Virus record (IMG/VR): IMGVR_UViG_3300020045_011377 | Location: 1-49,493 of that record | Reading direction: 5' to 3' (one strand) | Origin: a virus | Lineage: Duplodnaviria > Caudoviricetes | DNA: 49,493 bases | Shown: in pieces, positions 1 through 9,013 of the stretch | Numbering within the stretch: position 1 is the stretch's first letter | Layout: every line of letters starts with the position of its first letter | Notes under the pieces: generated by a model | Told to the model about the DNA's origin: nothing | The model's database searches: none | What the model saw: the letters and a program-made list of their open reading frames with translations, nothing else | Program-made: the position numbers and the translations under genes

Positions 1-121
1 GTCATCGAGCATTTTCTGAAGACTATCACGAGTGACTGGCATGATTTAGATACCTCTCAAAAACAAATTATAGTATGAAACTATGCTCTGGGCAAAACTA
101 TTTAAACCTTCAGAGTTGTGA
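1..121. repeat. Exact 121-bp direct repeat, copy 1 (identical to 3494..3614); may extend beyond the left edge
   Basis: Base-by-base identity from gtcatcgagc to cagagttgtga; the copies diverge at 122/3615. Confidence 0.97.
67..95 (-). promoter_or_regulatory. Sigma70-type early promoter TTGCCC-N17-TATAAT
   Basis: Minus strand reads TTGCCC agagcatagtttcatac TATAAT, then GAGG and ATG. Confidence 0.8.
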
Positions 122-130
122 AAGATTGTG

Positions 131-400
131 TTACTTGTTGAACAACGAGGTTTTTGTTTCACGATACTTCTTGATACTATCAACAAGCTCTACTTTTTCG
201 GCGAGCTCAGTTTTCAGCACTTCAACATCTGCAGCTTCATTTACTTCTTGAATCTGTTCGATTACCTTACTCGCCTCTGATTTCCTGAATAACGGGAATA
301 GAGGTCTGTCGCACCACAGAGGAATAATAATCTGTGATACAACAAACACCACCAGCAAGAACAACATCACTACAAGAAATACATACCAGATGAGCATCAT
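131..400 (-). CDS. Hypothetical protein with N-terminal transmembrane helix
   Basis: 89 aa, hydrophobic N-terminus, AGGAG SD. Confidence 0.75.
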   Translation of the reverse strand: MMLIWYVFLVVMLFLLVVFVVSQIIIPLWCDRPLFPLFRKSEASKVIEQIQEVNEAADVEVLKTELAEKVELVDSIKKYRETKTSLFNK

Positions 401-420
401 CTTCTCCTTAAAATTCGAAA

Positions 421-1374
421 TTACGCGGCTTCTGCGTATTGAATTGCCTTCTTCAGCGCCACTTCTTTGAGTGTCTTGTTGCTACCATACCACATCGAAG
501 CCACGCGATTTTCTGCGTTGCGACCATAAATGTGATCAGTGAAGTGTGTCACTGCGTTGAAAGGCTGCCACCAGCTACCTTCAGCAAACTTGGCGCCAGG
601 CTGGGTTTCAAGCAACGACAAAACACGTGCACCGTTTTTCGTCATCTGTCCAGGAACAACTTCTTTGTTCTTGATGACCGGGAACAAATCTGCGAGGTAT
701 TTCTGAATTTCGGGAAGTGATGCTTTGCGGCTGCCGAGGAATTCAGCTTTCTTTTTGTATTCAGCGAGACGCGCTTTCGAGATACCAAGCATTTGCTTGA
801 CATGATCTGCGTTGAAAGCAGAACGATGACTCGCGCGCACTGATTTCGCTGAAGTTTGGCCGAGCGCTTCAGTCAACGTGTTGTTGCAGACCACGCGAAC
901 TGGAGTAAAGCGAACATCGATCGAACTCGCGTAGCGATGTGGATTCGTGAGCAGCAAGTAGCTGTCAACGCGATCACCACCGAATACTTCGAATGAATCT
1001 TTCACTTTTGCAAGTGCCCAGACATAAAGGCCGTTTTTGATGGAACCTGCAGTATGCATTTCCATGTCACCAGCTGCGACAAATTCGTGAAAAAACTTGA
1101 AAGCATCTTCATTCTGCAGCGGTTGCCAATCTTTCGACACAATGTCATACTCGTGGCCATCGCGATCACGAGTCAATATGCTGAAGTCTTTGATTTCTGT
1201 GCCGTCGGCGCGGAACAGCGGGCGTTTTTCAACGCGCCAGTTCAGATTTGCAGCATTCATGATTTGCTCAGGAGACAAATCCGCGGGCACTTTCTTACCA
1301 AGGCCGTGCCACGGCAACTCACCTGCATACGCCATCGATGCTTGACCACCTACGAGTTCAAGTTCATGTGACAT
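421..1374 (-). CDS. DUF932 family phage/plasmid-like protein
   Basis: AYAGELPWHGLG, TAGSIKNG and FTPVRVVCNNTL motifs. Confidence 0.85.
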   Translation of the reverse strand: MSHELELVGGQASMAYAGELPWHGLGKKVPADLSPEQIMNAANLNWRVEKRPLFRADGTEIKDFSILTRDRDGHEYDIVSKDWQPLQNEDAFKFFHEFVAAGDMEMHTAGSIKNGLYVWALAKVKDSFEVFGGDRVDSYLLLTNPHRYASSIDVRFTPVRVVCNNTLTEALGQTSAKSVRASHRSAFNADHVKQMLGISKARLAEYKKKAEFLGSRKASLPEIQKYLADLFPVIKNKEVVPGQMTKNGARVLSLLETQPGAKFAEGSWWQPFNAVTHFTDHIYGRNAENRVASMWYGSNKTLKEVALKKAIQYAEAA

Positions 1375-1445
1375 GATGTAATCCTTCTCAGTTAGTTTTA
1401 AATACTACAACAACAATGATATAGTGTTTCTGTAATTAAATAAAG

Positions 1446-2390
1446 TTATTTCAATGAGCTTTTAACTTTAAAACGCTGAATCAAGCGTTCTTCATACAGT
1501 TCTTGATAAGGTTGAGGATCCAGGCCCATATCTTTGAGCATTTTGTTGATCGCGTTTGAAGTAGCTCTACGACCTTTTTCCGCGTGATATTTTGTAGTTG
1601 TTTTCTCAGGTACAACGATAAATGCATCATTATTCTTGATGCGCTCTTCAATCCATTGTGCGTAGGCCTGAGCAAAGTTCATGTGAAGAACTTGGCCCTT
1701 CCAATCAGCTGGCATATCAAACACGCGATATTCAACCGTCTCAGCATTGGTGAAATTCAAACCACCACGAGGAAGCATTGCCTGCGCTTCCTCGAGCTCA
1801 TCTTGATAATCTTCAACTGTTTTCTTCAGTTCACCGTAGAACAACATTTTGCGTTTCTGAGCGATTGTCCAGAAGTGATGAGTACTACCCCAGGAATTAC
1901 GTGAAACTCGAGCTTTGTTGGGGGCTCGATACGCTGCTTTTGCATCAATACCCATATGATTTGCGTTGTAGACGTCATCAACATCATTGAAAAACCAATT
2001 CAGATAGGGCCGCGTTGCCCAGTCTCGTGCCATCGCGCTGCGCAGCAAAACTTGTTCACTACGATCAATTCCGATGTGAATATGACCGCCACCACCCATG
2101 TAACCTTCTGCAACAGGGACAAGACCAATTTCAAGTGCAGTATTATTGATACCGTCGAAATGTTTCTTGAAATCCCCCCAGTTCTTGCAAACACGAGTAG
2201 GAACCTCAATTGCGCCACACTCTTCTTCGCAAGCCCAGTGTGGAATATTTTTTGCATTGAGTAGATTACTCAGTAATTCAGCATACTGGCCAGCCACATC
2301 ATTCATAGCAAGATCGCCGAGTGAATGCCACGGCTTAGGTGCATTGTAGGTCAACTCAACACCAGCAGTATATTTGAAAGGCACATTCAT
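1446..2390 (-). CDS. Putative amidoligase (COOH-NH2 ligase fold)
   Basis: GVEL, IEVPT, GGGGHIHIG and TVEYRVFD motifs. Confidence 0.65.
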   Translation of the reverse strand: MNVPFKYTAGVELTYNAPKPWHSLGDLAMNDVAGQYAELLSNLLNAKNIPHWACEEECGAIEVPTRVCKNWGDFKKHFDGINNTALEIGLVPVAEGYMGGGGHIHIGIDRSEQVLLRSAMARDWATRPYLNWFFNDVDDVYNANHMGIDAKAAYRAPNKARVSRNSWGSTHHFWTIAQKRKMLFYGELKKTVEDYQDELEEAQAMLPRGGLNFTNAETVEYRVFDMPADWKGQVLHMNFAQAYAQWIEERIKNNDAFIVVPEKTTTKYHAEKGRRATSNAINKMLKDMGLDPQPYQELYEERLIQRFKVKSSLK

Positions 2391-2400
2391 AATATAATCC

Positions 2401-2823
2401 TCAGAGAAGTTTGATGCGTTTCATTTCAGAATGAAGAAAAGTGTAATCTGTTATCGACTTATGTGTGTAGTACTGCGCGCCATACATCGCCATCAGACTA
2501 ATCCAGAATTTAACGAATGCAACGTTGTGTGGGTTTTTGAATGAACCAAAGCCACGCGCGTGTACAAATTCGTGTGAGATGGTTGTAAACTCCATATCAC
2601 TTCGAGTGAGTGTAATGAGGCGGCGGCCCTGACATGTTGAAATCTTATCAGTATCACTGATGTTGAGTAGCGGCCGCCGATCGCACCACCGACCTTCAAA
2701 AGTCCACAGAAACTGAAGAATTGTGGAGAGGCGCCCTGCGTCCAGTTGAATTTCGTGTGGATGGATGACCTTCTTCTCCCACATATACAACGCGCGGGTA
2801 CGTGCACCAGGATGAGTAATCAT
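2401..2823 (-). CDS. HExxH putative zinc metallopeptidase
   Basis: SHEFVH followed by a downstream His (PHNVAF). Confidence 0.55.
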   Translation of the reverse strand: MITHPGARTRALYMWEKKVIHPHEIQLDAGRLSTILQFLWTFEGRWCDRRPLLNISDTDKISTCQGRRLITLTRSDMEFTTISHEFVHARGFGSFKNPHNVAFVKFWISLMAMYGAQYYTHKSITDYTFLHSEMKRIKLL

Positions 2824-3083
2824 TTTTGCGGATACTCTTCGATTGCGAGGGTCTGGCCGTGGAAAGGAAACTTTATCAACTCTTCATCGCGCGTCCATTC
2901 TTGATAAGCATCATGTCCCCAGTGATGAGGGAAATAGACCAAGTACCACTTACCACCGAGTGATTTACGCTGCCAGCGATAATCACCACTCTGGATAATG
3001 AATACCCAGAAACTGTGGCAGACATCTTTGATGATAAACTTCAAGACACCCATCTTTGTTCCATCATGTTTGAACTGGCTCAT
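2820..3083 (-). CDS. Hypothetical protein
   Basis: ATGA overlaps with both neighbours. Confidence 0.65.
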   Translation of the reverse strand: MSQFKHDGTKMGVLKFIIKDVCHSFWVFIIQSGDYRWQRKSLGGKWYLVYFPHHWGHDAYQEWTRDEELIKFPFHGQTLAIEEYPQK

Positions 3084-3535
3084 TGAGAGGCTTTCAGTTT
3101 GTTAATTTCAGCGACAATAGGGTCAATGATTGCAGGGTCATCAGAATCGATCACCATACCGAGGTCATATTCGAGTTGTTGGAGCCGAGTCCACTGAGAA
3201 GAATTCTTCAAAGCTTTTTCTTCAGCGATCTCATTGAGTTGACGAGCATACTTGCAGATGCGTGAGTAGTTCGTCTTGATGGGGCTCAGCCATTTGTTGA
3301 CCTGCCATTCAGTCAGTTTACCGTGCTTCATGAAATACTTCGCGGTCAACGAACCTGAACGAGCATCTGCAGAACTGAAGCCAACGTTGTTGGTCACATG
3401 AGTACCGTTGACATTCTTCTCCATCTCAGTTTGCCGAGTGAAGATTGCAACGAGAGCTCGACCGATGATGACTTGCTTCTTACGTTCATCAGCGTCATCG
3501 AGCATTTTCTGAAGACTATCACGAGTGACTGGCAT
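3080..3535 (-). CDS. Hypothetical early protein
   Basis: 151 aa, GAGG SD, directly downstream of an early promoter. Confidence 0.8.
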   Translation of the reverse strand: MPVTRDSLQKMLDDADERKKQVIIGRALVAIFTRQTEMEKNVNGTHVTNNVGFSSADARSGSLTAKYFMKHGKLTEWQVNKWLSPIKTNYSRICKYARQLNEIAEEKALKNSSQWTRLQQLEYDLGMVIDSDDPAIIDPIVAEINKLKASQ

Positions 3536-3614
3536 GATTTAGATACCTCTCAAAAACAAATTATAGTATGAAACTATGCTCTGGGCAAAACTATTTAAAC
3601 CTTCAGAGTTGTGA
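3494..3614. repeat. Exact 121-bp direct repeat, copy 2
   Basis: Identical to 1..121; contains a promoter (3560..3588) and the first 14 codons of ORF 3080..3535. Confidence 0.97.
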
Positions 3615-3644
3615 GCACTTCACCATAATTCCATATTCGGTCAT
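3603..3644 (-). pseudogene. 13-codon ORF MTEYGIMVKCSQL, possibly a gene truncated at the repeat junction
   Basis: Has its own promoter and AGGAG SD; its stop codon lies inside the repeat. Confidence 0.5.
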
Positions 3645-3676
3645 CTTATTCTCCTAAGAATTTAACTACACAATTA

Positions 3677-3705
3677 ATTATAGGAAAACGTTGTATTTAG
3701 GGCAA
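3677..3705 (-). promoter_or_regulatory. Early promoter TTGCCC-N17-TATAAT
   Basis: TTGCCC taaatacaacgttttcc TATAAT. Confidence 0.8.
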
Positions 3706-3708
3706 ACC

Positions 3709-4164
3709 TTATTTTAGTGTTTGCAAATACTTTCTGTACTCGCTAGCGAGAATACGAGCACCTGCGCGCGCTTCGATCTCCCACGGTTGACGACGATACG
3801 GAATCTTGTTAGAATCCAATCGTTTATCGTGCCATTTCGTGAGTTCTGGTTTCGTAAGATCTTTGAGATATCCCTCAGCGAATTGCTTCAGGTGAACACA
3901 CTCATGAGCGAGTACGTTGATCTTACAAGTTTTTGAGAGATCTTTATCTAAGTCGATAAAGAAGCTTCGGGGTTGATGGTTCTTATCAGTCCAGATGATT
4001 GAACCTTTGTATCTCTCTTTGATGTAGAGGTCAGATACAACTTTGATCTTAATCTTGACGTTTTTGAGAATTGATGGGGACACTAGGTGATGTAAGAACC
4101 AAACCATCGCCTGTTTGAGCTCTTCTCTTAGCTCTGGATCTTCGCCTCTGATACTAATTTGCAT
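3709..4164 (-). CDS. HExxH putative metallopeptidase
   Basis: LAHECVHLKQ...PWEIEA; paralog of 22233..22664. Confidence 0.7.
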   Translation of the reverse strand: MQISIRGEDPELREELKQAMVWFLHHLVSPSILKNVKIKIKVVSDLYIKERYKGSIIWTDKNHQPRSFFIDLDKDLSKTCKINVLAHECVHLKQFAEGYLKDLTKPELTKWHDKRLDSNKIPYRRQPWEIEARAGARILASEYRKYLQTLK

Positions 4165-4814
4165 GTGGCTTCCTGAGTAAAAATCTTCTTTACATCACTC
4201 AGGTACTTTTCTTTCGAACATATGAATTCTTGTGGCTCCATATGCTCCTCACCGACAATCAATATCACAACTTGCTCAATAGGTAACTTCGCTACCTCTT
4301 CCACCATCAACGCATACGCTGTAACCTGATAGTAATATGTGAGAATATGGTCTTCAATTCTCAGTTTACGCGCAGTCTTGACATCAATAATCGAGTTTTT
4401 ACCTTTGTACTTCGCGATAAGATCTACAGTACCTGCTGCTTTGAGCACATCTGAATAAACAGGGTACTCAATTCCGTATACTGTATTTATATTTGCGAGA
4501 CTCTTCCGTAGCATCGTGAATAAAAATGATACGGAAGGTAATTCACGACCGAGTACTATCTCCTGATTGAGAAGATGTCTTTCAACGATTGAGTGTAGAC
4601 TTGTTCCACGTGCAGCTGCGAGGCGTACTATGCGTTTTGCTTCTTCTTGACCAACGACCTCTTTCCAAGCATTAAGACTGTCCTTATCGATCTGACTCAG
4701 AACAGTGGTAACTGAAGGATAGATGTTTCCTTCAGGTGTTGCGTATCTGCGGCCTGCTTTGGTTTCTTTACGAACTACGCCACAGGGCTTCAGAATCTCG
4801 TGTTGAAACATCAA
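4128..4814 (-). CDS. PD-(D/E)XK exonuclease
   Basis: YPSVTTVL, RGTSLH, AGTVDLIA, IIDVKT and QVTAYA motifs. Confidence 0.85.
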   Translation of the reverse strand: MMFQHEILKPCGVVRKETKAGRRYATPEGNIYPSVTTVLSQIDKDSLNAWKEVVGQEEAKRIVRLAAARGTSLHSIVERHLLNQEIVLGRELPSVSFLFTMLRKSLANINTVYGIEYPVYSDVLKAAGTVDLIAKYKGKNSIIDVKTARKLRIEDHILTYYYQVTAYALMVEEVAKLPIEQVVILIVGEEHMEPQEFICSKEKYLSDVKKIFTQEATCKLVSEAKIQS

Positions 4815-5050
4815 TTGATCCTGATGTTACTCATACGACCATTCTTGCGTTTTCGCTCTTTCAAGATATCTCTGAATGTATCATCAACCTTCTTGAAACC
4901 TAGCGCAACTGGGTCACCGAGACTTGGTGATGAAAGATGAACTTGCTCATAATCGAGATTATCTTTGAGAAACTGATCGCGCTCACTGATACGCATGACC
5001 TTCTCTTCAACAACTAGAGTGATACGGTGACGAAACTGATATGTTGGCAT
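4811..5050 (-). CDS. Small protein of T4-like phages (MPTY, FmdB-like N-terminus)
   Basis: MPTYQF start; position next to the exonuclease. Confidence 0.65.
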   Translation of the reverse strand: MPTYQFRHRITLVVEEKVMRISERDQFLKDNLDYEQVHLSSPSLGDPVALGFKKVDDTFRDILKERKRKNGRMSNIRIN

Positions 5051-5220
5051 TACTTAATGTACCTTGCGTACTCTTCAAATTCTTTTTCATCATCAAAACC
5101 AAGAGCGATTGGATCATCTTCTTCAATCTTCTTCGCATCTATTTTCTTACGACGATGAAACTCATGTCGGGGAGCCACTTCATCTGACTCTTCTCGACGC
5201 TTGTGCGCGGTCTTGCTCAT
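5050..5220 (-). CDS. Small charged hypothetical protein (56 aa; not in ORF track)
   Basis: MSKTAHKRREES...EYARYIK; TAATG coupling to the next gene. Confidence 0.6.
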   Translation of the reverse strand: MSKTAHKRREESDEVAPRHEFHRRKKIDAKKIEEDDPIALGFDDEKEFEEYARYIK

Positions 5221-5227
5221 TTCTCTC

Positions 5228-5638
5228 TCAGACTAGGTTAGGGAATGCTTTGTTGATTACTGATTTTGTAAGCTTTTCGTAAGGCAACTTCTTGTCCTTC
5301 GCTGCGAGAAGAATCTTTGCATCTTCTGGGTCAACAGCTTCGAGTAACTGAATGAACAGCTGCTCTCGACGAAGTTGCTTCAGGTTCTTGTTGCCACCCT
5401 CAAGATAAAGGTACAACTTCTTGACCTCCTGACGAAGGCGGCCGTGTTGATCAGGAATGTTCTGAGGCCTGTAAGGAGGTGCACCTTCAGGCAACAACCA
5501 TTTCACATTCGGATCCAGCGCGTATTTCAGCATGATGACTTCAGGTGATTTGAAGTTGCGTTTCATGTATTCAACGCGTTCAGCCACATTTTCGATCTTG
5601 TTCGCTTTATCGAACAACTCATGTATACTCAATTGCAT
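5228..5638 (-). CDS. Conserved T4-like hypothetical protein adjacent to rnh
   Basis: WLLPEGAPPY and RREQLFIQLLE motifs. Confidence 0.75.
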   Translation of the reverse strand: MQLSIHELFDKANKIENVAERVEYMKRNFKSPEVIMLKYALDPNVKWLLPEGAPPYRPQNIPDQHGRLRQEVKKLYLYLEGGNKNLKQLRREQLFIQLLEAVDPEDAKILLAAKDKKLPYEKLTKSVINKAFPNLV

Positions 5639-6507
5639 TAGAACTCCCCAATCTTTTCGTGTAGTGTTTTTAGGTTGTATTTCATGAAGTAGTTGAACAG
5701 TTTCGAGCGATCTTTGACCTTCGCTTCCTGAGCATCATACTCCGCATTCACCTTTGCCATAATCATTATCGGAATCTTCCAGAGGTCAATCATTGCCTCA
5801 TTACGCCTGTATCTTATAAGCATCTCTTCATTACAGAAGTGTTCAGGTTTCTGTAAGAGCCACTCATTCAACTTCGGTGTCATGATCGACTTCTGACGTC
5901 TCTTTTCAAGAAGACAGGAATCATCAGAGAGAATGTTAGGAACACCATCACCGGAATCACCACGAATTAGCATCTCTCTGAGGTATAGGTCAGCATTCGG
6001 ACATACCTTCAGCTTATTCTGTCTTGGGTCGTATTGTGAGACGTTAGCGTATTTTTGTAGCTGCTGGAAGTCCTTATCACCAGATAGGATCACTATCTCT
6101 GTCTCACCACCTGAGTTTAGAGGAGTTGCGAATCGATGACTGAGAGTACCGATAATATCATCAGCCTCAGCTCCTTCAATTTTGATAACGCGATATGGAA
6201 AATGATCACGCAACTCTTGCTCCATCATGTCCATACAGTGATGGATCATAGCCCAATCATAAGGAGACTCAGCTTTATCAATTGCTCGGCGGCCCTTGTA
6301 TTGTGGGAAGATATCTTTGCGCCACGATTTGCGCGAATCACACGCAATAACCAGCTCACCTTGCTTACGAAACATCACATTTAATCTACGAAGAGAGTTA
6401 AGAACCATATGACGAAACATATCTTCTTCAATCTTCAGCTTATTATCAAAATCATACATGTGCATGACATTGGATATTACAACCTGCGAGAAATCAGCTA
6501 TCTTCAC
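5638..6507 (-). CDS. rnh: T4-type RNase H (5'-3' flap exonuclease)
   Basis: SWRKDIFPQYK, EADDIIG, SGDKDFQQL and GDSGDGVPNILS motifs. Confidence 0.93.
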   Translation of the reverse strand: MKIADFSQVVISNVMHMYDFDNKLKIEEDMFRHMVLNSLRRLNVMFRKQGELVIACDSRKSWRKDIFPQYKGRRAIDKAESPYDWAMIHHCMDMMEQELRDHFPYRVIKIEGAEADDIIGTLSHRFATPLNSGGETEIVILSGDKDFQQLQKYANVSQYDPRQNKLKVCPNADLYLREMLIRGDSGDGVPNILSDDSCLLEKRRQKSIMTPKLNEWLLQKPEHFCNEEMLIRYRRNEAMIDLWKIPIMIMAKVNAEYDAQEAKVKDRSKLFNYFMKYNLKTLHEKIGEF

Positions 6508-6847
6508 TTGGATCTAAACCTTCTGTAATAATTGTGCCATCAGCAGTTACATACTGTCCATTGGCGTTTGTCAGTACCACTGTATCTATCGCCATCTGCT
6601 GAAGAGGGTGTTCAACATGATAACTTCGACAGATCATCGATTTAATCATATCGAGAAGCAGTCCCATATCATATGGATTGATGGTACTGAATCCCATCTT
6701 AAACAAGGTCTGTGCGACCGCCACTGCGACGTTATCAACAGCGGCTTCGATTGACGCGTCCTGGCTTTCTTTAAGATTTCGTTTAATCTCGTCGATATTT
6801 TGTGGTACATTGTTGTTTCTATTCGGAAACTCGATTACTTTACCCAT
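6494..6847 (-). CDS. Hypothetical protein
   Basis: 117 aa, VIEFP N-terminus, operon context. Confidence 0.7.
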   Translation of the reverse strand: MGKVIEFPNRNNNVPQNIDEIKRNLKESQDASIEAAVDNVAVAVAQTLFKMGFSTINPYDMGLLLDMIKSMICRSYHVEHPLQQMAIDTVVLTNANGQYVTADGTIITEGLDPSEDS

Positions 6848-7799
6848 TGTTCCTTTTCTTACTATTCAGAAGCATACTCAAGAACGAGGTCCATTGGGCA
6901 CCACGTAAACTCCAATTATATGTTGAATCCACATACCACTTAGCAGATTTTTGGTGAAAATTATATTCTTCACCGCTCTTTACCTTCGATATCATTTGAT
7001 TAAGTAGAGCAGACATTACATTGTAGAATCCCTGGGCGTGATCACGATTATCTTCTGTCCATGGATACATGCACGTGAAGTTCGATGCCGTCTCTGGGAG
7101 CGCTGCGAGTGTAGGATGCACACAAACACACTCGGCCGACATCGCTTCGATTAGACTGATACACGAAGTCTCTTTCCAGATAGATGGATACGCGAAAATG
7201 TGTGCCTCACTAAGTGCTTTACGAACCTCTTCATTAGATACTGCGCCATGATAGTTAATCTGAGGATGATCACGACACATTTGAAACAACTCTTCAAACG
7301 GCTTATCGCGATCTTCCCAACCATAGAGTTTGAAACTCGAATATACATCAAGCTCTATCTCTGGATATTTATTAGCGAGATGTATGAATACAGGAACGAG
7401 TATCTGCAGACCTCGATGAGGTGTAGTATGATAGATGATCTTGATCTTGTCCTTACTCTTCACGATTGGATTGATTGGCTCAATCGCATTCTGAAGTACA
7501 ATCGACTTGTTGAAAGGCACACCATACGCAGCATTGTAGGCTTGCTGTTGCCAGTGAGAAACGAATACAATCTTCTCGAACTTGTTCCACCCACCTGCGC
7601 GTAGATGCTCACTCTCAGGGTCACCAGGTAGATCATGTAGCCAGAGGATAGGTATCTTCGTATTATCAATCTCGCGGACCCGAGACTGAATGATCTGGAA
7701 GTTACTCAATAGGTCTTTATCAACGTGTTTCTCCAGAGCGAGACCCATCAGCTCTGTTCCACCCATCGCATTTTTATTCAACTCATTTACTTCAGGCAT
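6840..7799 (-). CDS. GT-B (GT4-like) glycosyltransferase
   Basis: GGTE, YHTTPHRGL and YPSIWKETSCISLIEAM (Ex7E) motifs. Confidence 0.88.
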   Translation of the reverse strand: MPEVNELNKNAMGGTELMGLALEKHVDKDLLSNFQIIQSRVREIDNTKIPILWLHDLPGDPESEHLRAGGWNKFEKIVFVSHWQQQAYNAAYGVPFNKSIVLQNAIEPINPIVKSKDKIKIIYHTTPHRGLQILVPVFIHLANKYPEIELDVYSSFKLYGWEDRDKPFEELFQMCRDHPQINYHGAVSNEEVRKALSEAHIFAYPSIWKETSCISLIEAMSAECVCVHPTLAALPETASNFTCMYPWTEDNRDHAQGFYNVMSALLNQMISKVKSGEEYNFHQKSAKWYVDSTYNWSLRGAQWTSFLSMLLNSKKRNNG

Positions 7800-7814
7800 C
7801 GTGCATCCTCTTTG

Positions 7815-8543
7815 TTATAAATCAATTACTACTGGTGGATTGACGTGTGTGTAGTTGCGATCGCACATCGCAACGTTATAGAAATCAATACCACCGAAAC
7901 TTGTTCGTCCATAACTCTCGTGAATATGACCACATATCCATACCTTCGGAAGCTGATAGTGTTCGTTGTTACTATCAGCTAGCTTGTAGATATGTTTAAG
8001 ATAGGCACTTATCCCTGTGTGTACACCCTCAGAGTTTCTATCGAGGAAGCCACTCACAGGAGAGTGGCTCACTACCACATCATACTTCACATCTGTGTGC
8101 GGAGACCATACCTTCATGAGGTGATCCGCAAGCGCAGCTTCATCAGTATTCATAGCCCAGCGTGGTAGGTTAACCACGTATGGAAGTCCTAACAGGTTCA
8201 TACCATTAGGGAGACGAACAGCCACATAATTGTCATTACCAGGTAAACCTACGCACGTTACATTGATAGATCGAAGTTCTTGTAGCGCTGGTCCTGGATA
8301 CACCTGCAGATGGAAGTCGTGGTTACCTGGAACGTATAACTTGATCTTGTGAGGTAGACGTTCTAACCACTCGAGAGCAGCTGGCCACTCATCAGGATAA
8401 CCAGTACGCAGAAGATCACCCGCATGAACAAAGACGTCACCATCAGGAATCTGAACCGTTGGTGACCAGATTGTATTGAGGTGTTGATCTTGCCACTGGT
8501 TGAATGGTGGATAGTGAGTGTCGCTCGTTGCTACAATTCTCAT
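7815..8543 (-). CDS. Calcineurin-like metallophosphoesterase
   Basis: SDTH, HAGDL, GNHD, SHSP and GHIHE motifs. Confidence 0.9.
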   Translation of the reverse strand: MRIVATSDTHYPPFNQWQDQHLNTIWSPTVQIPDGDVFVHAGDLLRTGYPDEWPAALEWLERLPHKIKLYVPGNHDFHLQVYPGPALQELRSINVTCVGLPGNDNYVAVRLPNGMNLLGLPYVVNLPRWAMNTDEAALADHLMKVWSPHTDVKYDVVVSHSPVSGFLDRNSEGVHTGISAYLKHIYKLADSNNEHYQLPKVWICGHIHESYGRTSFGGIDFYNVAMCDRNYTHVNPPVVIDL

Positions 8544-8737
8544 TTTATAGGCTTCAGTTTTTCTTTTATTTCTTCAGCGTCAGCTTCTAGACCGCGACCC
8601 CAGCATATGATACAAGCTAGGGATGCAGATATAAATGTGAATAGGTTAAACCAGAACCCCAAACTCAGTGACATTACCACACCACATAGGAATAGTATCA
8701 AAGGTGCTGAGAAGAAATACTTATTTGATGCTCTCAT
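8540..8737 (-). CDS. Small membrane protein
   Basis: Two hydrophobic segments; coupled overlaps. Confidence 0.6.
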   Translation of the reverse strand: MRASNKYFFSAPLILFLCGVVMSLSLGFWFNLFTFISASLACIICWGRGLEADAEEIKEKLKPIK

Positions 8738-9012
8738 TAACCCGGTCCCCTGTAGTACTCTGCATTACTGCGATTAATCTTAAATTCAAACTCAAACTTC
8801 TTACGACCGATGAGATTGAGTAGTATAGGTGCTTGTATCTCTTCGGAAGCTGTCATATCTTTGAGGCCGAGATACGCGAGTGCAAAACACTTCCACGCAT
8901 TCTCGACCGCATCACCATGCTCGGGTTGCTGTTGTACTGGCTCATTGATGAGATCGAGAAACTGCTTCCCCATCTTACGAAACTCATCGAATGTTACTTC
9001 AATGGTCGCCAT
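8737..9012 (-). CDS. Hypothetical protein
   Basis: 91 aa, operon context. Confidence 0.65.
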   Translation of the reverse strand: MATIEVTFDEFRKMGKQFLDLINEPVQQQPEHGDAVENAWKCFALAYLGLKDMTASEEIQAPILLNLIGRKKFEFEFKINRSNAEYYRGPG

Positions 9013-9013
9013 G

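Noticed and set aside
4128-4814. Cas4-like nuclease suggesting a CRISPR system
   Set aside because: No repeat-spacer array or other cas genes seen; this is an ordinary phage PD-(D/E)XK exonuclease
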